Shown here: positions 51,301-61,400 of the stretch, one piece after another
How the letters are laid out: each line of letters opens with the position of its first letter
How positions within the stretch are numbered: the stretch's first letter is position 1
DNA from: Botryllus schlosseri
Taxonomy: Eukaryota
Assembly (NCBI GenBank): GCA_051294905.1
Contig: CM119372.1
Location: 19,532,001-19,596,000, forward strand
Length of the DNA: 64,000 nt
Direction: 5' to 3'
Notes under the pieces: generated by a model
What the model saw: only the letters and a program-made list of their open reading frames with translations
Databases searched by the model: none
Told to the model about the DNA's origin: nothing
Made by a program: the position numbers and the translations under genes

Positions 51301-53571
51301 GAATGGCGCCAGCGAAGTCAGGTACGTTCACGAGTCGCGGTTTCAGTTACGAGGTATTGCTGCTTGTTCGGAGTACTCAAGTTGGTTTTGCCGTATACCT
51401 ACACCGCTTACTCAAGTGCTTCTGTTTTCAAACCACTTCTACCTGAACAGATTTTCAGGCAAAACTACCCACTGTTTACACTTTGGATTTTGCGAAGTAG
51501 ATAGCCGGTTTAGCAAAGATTGGTATTGTTTTATGAGTAGTCATCTGTGGTGCCCAAGTAGAAGTAAAAGTAGCGATTTGCAATTAAGTATCTGACCAGT
51601 TCTGTTGCTACGTGACAGTGAGCAGTTTTTTAGGGAAGCTACGCCTAGAATACTTACATTTTTTACATATTTTGAAATCGCTAAACCTGTAGCCTACTTG
51701 ATTGCCAATGATGACCACAGTGACCACTACGCAGTCAATAAACACGGTTGCGTTTACGCAGGGAAACCAACAACCCGGGTTCGTCGTACCACAGACGCGG
51801 CAGTTTGCAGCTGTGGCAATTCCTGGTCGCTTTGCTCGAGGACCCTTCCAACCGTCATTTTATCACGTGGACAGGCAGGGGGCTGGAATTTAAACTCATC
51901 GAACCCGAAGAGGTGTGTGGAATTGTGGATATTATAATATACTTGATCTTTATGCCGTCGCGAATGTAGCCTGCGTGGATGCATTACTATAAAATGTCAC
52001 GGACACTATTGTGGAGCCATGAATGCGAGATATCAATGGTTGCTTTTTCTTTGTTTGATATTCATCGTGTTTCGACTACATTAGTGATTTAACACCAGAT
52101 CGCTACAAGTCGGCAGCGACGGAATAAAAATGATGAATATTGGCCTGGTGAATGATGAATATCGTAGGCCCCGACCAGACCGATATTCTTTATTTTTGAT
52201 TACGTATATATACCGACTTGTAGCACGGCTCACTTCTATGCTTTTACAAGACACCGCTTTCGCGGATCACGTGGCGAGGAAGAGCCTAGATAATCCACCA
52301 ACACATAGGTAAGAATCCTGGATATCAACGGTTTCTTTTTCATATTCAGGTGGCGCGAAGGTGGGGCGTGCAGAAAAACCGACCGGCCATGAACTACGAC
52401 AAGCTGAGTCGCTCGTTGAGGTATTACTACGAGAAAGGTATTATGCAAAAGGTACGCGGGAATGATTATTGTTACGTCCAATCTCTTGTATTCGCTCGTT
52501 ACTGCATAGCAGACGTGTTCAATGTATAGTCAGCTTTTTAAGTAGAAGTAGAAGTAATGCCGAACTTTTGTACATAATTGCAAGTAGAAATAGGCAGTTC
52601 CTGGACATGCCGAAACTCGTTCAAGTGGAAGTGTAAAATGAAAGGTCTACACAACCTCCCTGGTGTATTATTACCAGAGGCAGCGTGGAAATAACGTTTT
52701 CCAAGACATCTCAAAACTGCTTCAAGTGGAGGTAGTGAATTAACGTTTTAAAAGTGCGCAAGTGGCTAGTTTCGAAATAGCAAGATGCGTCTTCGCGACT
52801 AACGCAAAATCACCACTGACACTACAAATAGGCGCAATTTACGAAAATGCATTCCGTTAACTTGGCTATTTCGGCCAGTTTTTATGACATTCTCACTCAT
52901 AAAAGTGATGGAAATATATCCTTAAACGACTTTCTCTTAATGAAATGAATAGTGTTAAAAGTATGCAGTTTGCCTCAAAACTGCCAAAAGGGAAACCACT
53001 TTACTTTAGTAAGTTGTATCAGTAGGCAAGTAAAGGCAAAATCAGCATAAGTGCTTCGACAAAGTAGAAGTATAGGGTACTTCATTATTGACCACCCCTG
53101 GCCATTACTGATCTCTCTGCGAAGTCCCTGTGAAACAACCAGTTCAACTCTCTTACACAGGTAGCCGGAGAGAGATACGTCTACAAGTTCGTATGCGAAC
53201 CGGACGCCCTGTTCTCGCTGGCCGGGCCCTTAACCCCGCCCGACAGATGCATGACGCCCTTCCAGATGTCGCCGCACCACCCCTACCAGAACCACCCGGA
53301 CTTCCAGAAATTCATGCACCACGGACACCACCGGATCATGTCCCAAATGCACGACCACCGCGGTCCGGCGTACCCCTACCCGCCGCAGTCGCCGTTCAAC
53401 CCAGACGACGAAGTGCACGCGCATCACTTAAACGCGCGCGGCACCATCTTCCAGTATCAACACCAGCAGCGGCATTACAGCTACCCGCAGGACTGCAATC
53501 AGCGACACTTGAACCGCGTGTCGCCGGCGACGCCACATACGCTACCGACGTATCGAGGCGGCGCCACGTGA
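39343..53571 (+). CDS. ETV1/4/5: PEA3-subfamily ETS transcription factor, about 819 aa; exons 39343-39421, 39747-39770, 39929-39973, 41964-42905, 48653-48716, 49084-49237, 49310-49385, 50849-50910, 50972-51321, 51762-51912, 52350-52451, 53161-53571
   Basis: The ETS domain [15 protein letters not shown]...[71 protein letters not shown] is diagnostic of PEA3. There is an N-terminal acidic NDDQFVPE motif, plus VKQE and VKLE SUMO-type motifs. Phases are consistent over 2460 nt. The start codon and the 50910/50972 junction are less certain. Confidence 0.93.
42923..43515. repeat. MITE-like inverted-repeat element directly after PEA3 exon 4
   Basis: GTGAATTCGGC at the left pairs with GCCGAATTCAC at the right. 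There is an internal inverted GCGTGAATTGTGATATA / TATATCACAATTCACGC. Confidence 0.6.
44552..47850 (+). mobile_element. Decayed PIF/Harbinger DNA transposon in a PEA3 intron
   Basis: It has a 14-bp perfect TIR GGGTGGGTTTCAAA (extends to 25 bp with 3 mismatches) and a 3-bp TSD TCA. Frameshifted transposase remnants [12 protein letters not shown] and [17 protein letters not shown] lie at about 44980-45210. Confidence 0.82.
46488..46662. mobile_element. Small hAT-type MITE nested in the Harbinger
   Basis: Termini are CAATGGCCCCTTTAA...TTAGAGGGAACATTG with a perfect TSD CTTCACAT. Confidence 0.8.
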
Positions 53572-53663
53572 TCCTTTGCGTGTCAGCTCGGAAAAGGTGG
53601 TTGGCGTCTGATAGTCGCAATCGTGCTTGGTCTAGCTAGGATCAGTTCCGCGTGGTCGTGGTT

Positions 53664-54157
53664 TGGGGCTGGGCGATTTGAATCGGAGATTCCAAGATTG
53701 GTTGCGTCGACTCGAATAAAGCCGGATTCGAAACATAGTCTACTCGGCTCGAATCTTAATGAGTTCATTTCGATTCGAATTATTATGTTCCTAATTTGCC
53801 TATTCGAGCTTGTCCTAATTCGGTCCGAATTATGATATATTCGACTCGAATCGCGTAGGATTTGATCTGAAAGTAGGATAGTCGGCATGAATAAATAACA
53901 ATAACTCGGAAATACCGAATTTGAATTAAATTAGAGCGTGTTGCATATTAGAGTTGGATTCAAATCATAATGTCATTGATTCGTTCCGAATCGTAATATA
54001 TTCGATTAGAATCGACTATTTATAATGCTGTGACACGTGGTTCGAACTGGAATAGTCGGAATGAGTGAGTGATAACTACGAAATGCATAATTTTAGTCAA
54101 ATTCGAACGCGCATATTCGAGTTCGATTGGAATCGCGTTTTGATTTTGCCCATCTCC
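53664..54157. repeat. GATTCG/CGAATC-rich degenerate MITE just 3' of the PEA3 stop
   Basis: Ends are GGGGCTGGGCG...TTGCCCATCTCC with many GATTCGA/TCGAAT motifs. It resembles 55419-55934. Confidence 0.55.
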
Positions 54158-54783
54158 AATCACGCGTTCATCCGAGATGGGTCGGTGGATCAGAGTGAAG
54201 GTGCCAAAAAGATCCGTGTGTTGGGTGGATGGTAATGCACTTTTTTCGTGGGTTTGTGTACAATTTAATCGCAAAGTCAATTTTAATGTATAGAAAATCC
54301 TATTTTTTATTCGACCTTTTATTTTTCGTTTTCAATTTCGAGTTTCGTTATCGGCAGCCGGCAGACCGGCGAGGTGGTGTTTTGAAACCAAATAATACGA
54401 TCTACTGCCTGTGGTTTTTATTCGTGAATATAATGAAAAATACGATGTTGTGGTGTTGCGCGTTGCGGTGTTGGGTTTCCGGAAAGCACAGGCATACGGA
54501 AGTGAATCAGAGTTCAGGATTCAAATATTACAAGGTATAGGCCACTGGTGGAGTTTTCAAAGACGAGATCAGCTGCGAACTACTCTTGCGGATGTGACGG
54601 AGCAGAATTTTTATTTTAATTACTGGAGTAATTTTTATCCAGTGACATACATCCCTGCCTTTATCGCTCATCCTTCACAACTTCGCCTAAATTTGTTCAT
54701 CCGATGCCTACCACTTTTTCACGCGCTTGGACTGATCCATGTAAAGAGAAAATTCCTAGGAGGTGGAGCTGATGTAGCGTACA

Positions 54784-55126
54784 TTGGGTTGCATTTTAAA
54801 CAAATCGTGTTTTAAAAAACTTTGTTTATGACACGTGACACATTTTAGCAGTGTTTGAAAAAAAGCCTTTGAAAACTATTTCTTTAAACGTATAATTATG
54901 CCGACGATTAAAATGCTGTGTAACAATGCAGACCTAGTCAAATATATTTTTGGTCCGTTTATGACAGATTGAAGCCTTTTTCGTCAAAGTAGCAATATTT
55001 ATCCTATATTTTCAATTGCCAATGTCAACCCACTGTGACGCCACAATGAAATATGCGTGACGTCATGACTAAAAAACAGCAACAATAAAAACATGTTTGC
55101 TGATTTTTATTTTAAATGCAACCCAA
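54784..55126. repeat. Short inverted-repeat element (MITE)
   Basis: It has a 13-bp TIR TTGGGTTGCATTT...AAATGCAACCCAA and no clear TSD. Confidence 0.55.
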
Positions 55127-55418
55127 ATCTGGAATTTCTAGTATACATAGCCAGCGATGCACAAAATGAAAACAGGGATTTTCTCGAATCCGGAGAAATT
55201 GCAATCACTGTAGGTCTGTAACCAGTGTAGCTTGGGGTTGATGTAAGTCCGGATTTGACAGTGCATGTCAGGGATTTTAGTGTAGAAATCTGCGTATGGG
55301 GATTTCCAATCTTCTCTGTAGCTGCCACTTTTACCCAAACAAGAATAAGACTTCGAACATTCTATGTTCTTGTTCACTGTCCGCTTTAAATCTTTGTATA
55401 ACTTAATCTACTCATGAC

Positions 55419-55934
55419 TAGGGCTGGGCAAAATCGAGTACCTGAGTGATTCGATTCTGAATCACGTAATATGCTTCGAGTCGAGTCGAGTAATCGAGTA
55501 TCACTCATTATGACGTCACAACAGAATGTAATATGTCAAAGTTCAAATATGTACCTTTTATGCGACCGCAAAGAATATACTGCCTGTTCTCCATCACATT
55601 CAAGATACTTTGTTTTTTTTCGACCTACCGATTTCATTGCACTTGGTGACAATGTTGTTTGAGGGCAGATCATGACTTCGGAAATGTGCTATTTCAGTCA
55701 CGTTCGTAGCTTTGTACTATGTTTCGTATGCTACGATATGGCCGATCAAGGTTTCAAGGCTTCCACAGTGAAAATTAGAATCGAAACTATAATTCTCGTT
55801 GATAAATTATGTTTCAGTGACGAGAAGCGTATAATTTTAGTACTCGAAAAAATCTTCTTTTAGTACTCGACTCGAATCATTAAAATTAATACTCGATTCA
55901 GAATCGAGTACTCGAATCATTATGCCCAGCCCTA
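55419..55934. mobile_element. hAT-type MITE with TCGAGT/ACTCGA subterminal motifs
   Basis: TIRs are TAGGGCTGGGCA...TGCCCAGCCCTA with a perfect TSD CTCATGAC. Confidence 0.88.
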
Positions 55935-58416
55935 CTCATGACGCTATACCATTATAATGCGTAAACCCAAGAAAATGACCACTGAACAGACTAGGCGCGC
56001 TAATGTTGTTTGTTGCTTATTCAACATCAATATTTGGCGCTTATCGCCTTATGGCTTTTGCACCACGGTCATTGTACAATGTACGTACGTGCAGTATATT
56101 GTATGCTAATGTTGTTATGAAGTGGAATAGAGATATGGCGGAAGTCTCTTCGTTCTGTTGTAACTCGGTTGACTAGAGGTCACTCGAAACAATGTCGTCT
56201 AAACTTAGCCCTACAAATCCAGGGCATTTATGCAGTGTCGACATTGGTTTCATAACATCAAAAATGTGTTCAAATTCATTTTAGATCCTTCGCTACATAA
56301 GCCCAACGGGTGAATGTCACATCTTCATCTTCAGATTGTATATAACCTTTACATAGAAACCTATATAATTTGAGAGTGACCAATATTCGCACGATCCGCA
56401 AGCCGGTTTCATTTTCGAACCCGCTCGGAGATCGTTGGTAGTTACAGCAGCAACGGTGAGCGGTGCACTGGCCTGTGGCGACGGCGAAGAGTTGGAATCG
56501 GCATGTAGGCCTACGTCTACAATGTACAATTGTACATGTACAAGTACATGGGCCGGGTCTGAAAGGGTTTGAGCCTAACCCGACGGTTTCTGTTTCAGCA
56601 TAACTTGTGGAACCCGAAAACTAGTAGGCCTACAAATGCTATATCGCTGATTTGTATAAAGTCGTTATTCGGCCTGATCTAAGCCAAAAATATTCTCCAA
56701 TAACCCGATAAATTGGACCCGACTTCCACTCCTCCGCCGGCGAAATTTTGCCACCGTTATCCATGGCGCCACAAAAAATCAGAACAAGTGGTCTTTGTGT
56801 CATACAACCACATTATGAGCGACGATCGAGGAATTTCTTTTTATCTTACCTTGACTTGATGAATGCGTTTTGATTGGCATAAACTGTGCAGTGCATTCGG
56901 CGGGAATCCAAACTGAAATGGATGGCCACAGAAACTCCTAGCAGAGTTCCTACCTAAGTTTTGGAGGTTTAACTTGGCTTCTCCTCGCGACCGACCGATC
57001 CGACCCACGTAAGCATCTTACGAGCACCTTGCCGCAACCTACAAAGAAAGAGTAGGCAGCTCAGGAATCGTAATAAAGCATATCGACCTGGTGTAAATTG
57101 ACCGATGTAATCGAAATTCCGTTATTGTTCGTGGTGTTTGTCGAATACTATACTTGGTCATAATGGTCAATGGTCATTTGCGCCATGAAATTGTCTTAAT
57201 TTTTAATTCGTAGCTGCCGACTTGCAGCACGTCTAGGGTTTTTCTTCGTCAAGGAGTATGATTCAGCCTCGGCCCTAACCGCTCTCACACTCTTTAGATA
57301 CGAACCGACTTGTGTGTTTGCGGTTTCTTAACTACATTCGTATTTTCAATGCATTAGGCTCGACCAAAATTTAATGAGCTAAGTCGAAAAGTAGGAGACT
57401 TCCGGAGCCCCGACCACCGTATTCATCTACAATTCCACATGTTGTACCCGTAGGGGCATCAAGTTATCACAAGGCTATGACTAACTAAGGTTTATCTTAG
57501 TTATCTATACTATGACTCCTAGCCTACGAGTCCTAAAATCTCAGATCCGCGCCTGACTAGCTGTGAAAGAGCTTAGTTTCCAGATATCTGAAGTAATCTT
57601 GCCAGAATTGTGATCCACAACGTGCAAACACGACGCTCAGAGGCGAGAAAACAAAGGAAGATGCGACATATATTTATTGCAGTGATAGAGATATACAGAA
57701 CAGTGAAACTATTACTAAAATGTTCATTGTGGCTATACACCAGAACGATAGCACCCGTACACCACAAGCAGTCAGGTTGAAAAAACAGTAATCAGAATGT
57801 GGGTTGATCTGTTGCGAGGTTTTCAACAGATCCAACGGTTCACCAAAGCAGCGGAAAAAAGAGCAAGTAGTTCACCTTGGAAAACCCATTCGATTGCAAA
57901 CGTGAGAAAGAACATTGCTACCGTGGAGCAGGAAAAGATGCCACAATGATGATTAGTTAATATAGTCACTTGTTGATCACATATGCACTAGACTCGAGAA
58001 CCACAATCATGCTCATTCATTCCACAACGAAGACTACGGCATCATTTGACAAGAGGCTGTGATCTAAATACATAGGTATAAAAATTACATATAATACAAG
58101 TACCGCATTCAATTGGTCAACAAAATTATTCGATTACTGCATATCACAACGTACTACAGACAAAAAGCTATCAAAGTACAAAAAAGCCCACACGATTTTT
58201 GCTAACATCAAGGTGGCAGCCGGGCGTCAATAAATACGGAATACGGCACAGTAGAAGGGATTAGCAGATTTTCTTATGTGCTAGCTTGAAGAATCAGGCA
58301 CGTCGTTGAAGGCAATATGGTTATTTTGATCACCACGGGCCGGCGTGTTCCAGAGGTAGTTCGGCTGGAGGACAGCAAGCACAGCGGCGTGACTAGTACA
58401 TCAAATCGCGCGCTTT

Positions 58417-61400
58417 TCAGCTGTTTTGCAGCCGGTTAGCGGCCAGCGTCAGTTGTAGCTTTTCATTCGAGCACAGAGTCTTCTCGTCGTCGTCCAGCCA
58501 TTTGCTGTCGCAGTCCAAGTCGCGCCATTTCTTCACGAGGGCGTACTCGGGCGCTCGGAACACGTCAAGACCGGACGAGAGGGCCTTTCGGTACAAGTCC
58601 TCGCCACTGCAAAAAGTCATTAGACTCTTGTCTTAGCCGCTATTGCAGCATTCGCTATGTCACACTACGGTAGGGTTACCATATTTTAGAAATCCTAAAA
58701 GAGCACACTTTTTCAAAATTTTCAGAGTGACTTCCCGACTTTGTAGTCAGTTGACTAAAAAAAAGTCATCTGACCTGCTCAAATCCGGATATACCCGCCG
58801 GAACGTTCCTTCAGTACTGATTTCCTATATATCAGTCGAATTTTCACCTATATTTAACCAAAATTTCCAAAAAAAGAGGCTAAATCCTCAAAAAAGAGGA
58901 CATTTGGGCGTCCTCCGAGGACACTTTCAAAAAAGTCAAAAAAGAGGACGTACAGTAACCCTACACTACGGTCGCCAGACACAGAGTTGGACATCCGCAG
59001 AGGTGGTCAGCATCAAAGTACTTCTGTATTTACTCAAGTGGGTTTTGCCCACTTGTACTACTTACTCAAGTAGCTGTTTACAGACTATATCCACTTCTAC
59101 TCAGCTTTCAAGTCATAACTACTCACTTTTAAAACTTCGAATTTCCGAAAGTAGTACCATTAAGTACTTTTGTGTCACCTGTATCAGTGAATGTCATAGT
59201 AACCGGGCGAAACAGTCAATGTATCACGATAACTGAATATATTTTCGACAATTGCTTTCATTTGTAGCATGCGTCATTGATTTGCGTTAGTCATGGAGAT
59301 TGCAAACGTGGCCACCTCCGCTCACAGATTAGAGTATGTGACCACCAAATATACTTTTTGCAAATCTACTTGATTACTTATAATACTTCCATTTCCAACT
59401 TCCACTTGAAGTAGTCTCTAGTTATCTTATAAATCGCTACTATAGAGTAGAAATTAACGTTTCTTCTACTTCTGCTTAGTAGAAATGCAGACTACTTTGA
59501 CCATATCAGCCGATCGCCTAGCTGTGAATCATCAGCAACAGATGAAAGAACACTGGGGCCGACATTGCAACATTAGTGGACCTTACTTGGCCAGCTTGTC
59601 GCCGCCGCTTGCCTGAACCAAGTCGTGCTTATATCCGCAGAGCGTGTTGTAATCGAACGACCGCCAGAAGCCGTTCTCAAAGCCAATCGAGCTCGGAACA
59701 GCATTCTAAATCGAGCAAAACGTCACGAGTGCGATTGTCGAGGATACACGGAGGGCATACCTTATGTTTGAAAAACTGGAATGGAACGGGAAAGAACAGA
59801 CGTTCGTACGGCACCGTGTTGAGACGAATATGATACAGATATTCGGGAGACATCTGAATGCGTCGGGGTTCAGTATTAACAAAGGCGTATTGGAAGGCTC
59901 ATATGTATAGATAACAGTGTTGGGATGACTCGAGTCATGACTTGACTCGAGTCAGACTCGAGTCACCTTTTTCGCATGACTTGACTTGACTCGAGTCACT
60001 TTGCTAAAATGACTTGACTTGACTTGACTCGGCGTATCAGAAATGTGGATTGACTCGTGACTCGGAGCAAAATTCACGAGTCAATTTCAAGTCATCAAGT
60101 AATCGGTGTCGATATAAATCACAGTATCTTGCATATGTTCGGATTGTTCGCGAAACGCTTGTGTAACCCACGAAAGCGACCAATCATTCAATGACCGTGC
60201 GTTTCACTGAGCCTCGATTGTTCTCTCACAAATAAATTGACCGCAAACGAAGTGATAGAAGCTTACAGTATATGTTGTCGTAACTCAAGCAGTAAAGTAA
60301 TAGAATAGCAAAATGTATCTTTCTGTTATCTGTTCTTACCATAACCAAACCTCTTGTTTTATTGAAATTCAAGTCGAATATAGTTTATGTAGTCCTCGAC
60401 CATTGTCGCAGGCTCCAATAGTATCGTATCTATTTGTAACTGGGTAGGCTACAATGTATTGCATCATTATCATTCCGATTCTCTATTCTCTATTTTGGCT
60501 GGTAACCCTAAACTGAGACTATGCATTGCAATTACGTAGTTTACCAGTTCTACGCATATGTGACCGATACAGCACCTTCTTGCGCTTATATTTAACTCTA
60601 TATTCGTTCATCGGTTCGGAATCAATGACCACTCGAACTGTATTTCAGACAGCTAGCAAATTGCAATGACGTATTCATTAGGGATGGTGTGAACGTGAGG
60701 TTCACGTTCGCGTTCTGTGTGTGAACCTCTGAAATTTAGAGGTTCGCGTTCACAACAGAACCTTGGTAGGTTCTGCACTGTGAACCTTTTTCATATAATA
60801 CAATTTTCACTTCATTATAACATCTTTGATTCCGATTTATTGCATTTCAACTGCTGGCCACTCTATGCATGGCGCTGGCAGCATGAAAAATCAACATTAA
60901 ACGAGCATGCACCTTGACAATCTCAAAAGTTTTACTTGCTTTGTTACAAAAGTTTGCTCGAAATATCCAGCTTTCCGTTGGTGAATATTTAGTGACTCGC
61001 TGCTGTGAGCTTGACCAGCAATCACACAACATCGCGAGCGAAATACGTAGTCAGCGAAGATGCTTATTCAACCAATCAATGAGATTGATATCGTTTTTTG
61101 ATGTAAAACATCTAGCAGGCGTACGGGGTTAATCTTGACTTCATATTTTTAGTTCATCATTGAAACCAAATCTGTGCGATTAAGATGTTGGGTACTGCTG
61201 TATAACTTGTTAATGGGGAAATATCGGTAGTAAGTATAGAAACCCGTTTTACACTCTGCTCAATATCAATGTAGCAATACTCAGACGCCGAGCACATTGT
61301 CCCGTCTGGCCTAGACCGCTAAGGCGTAAGCTTATATTTCCTGGTAAGTCCCCGCGAAAATTGTTGGCAAAGCGAGGGAAGATATTGATTTCATGGGAGC

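Noticed and set aside
58643..59236. 197-aa plus-strand ORF
   Set aside because: It spans two adjacent MITEs inside an intron of the minus-strand glycosyltransferase gene, so it is a chance open frame.
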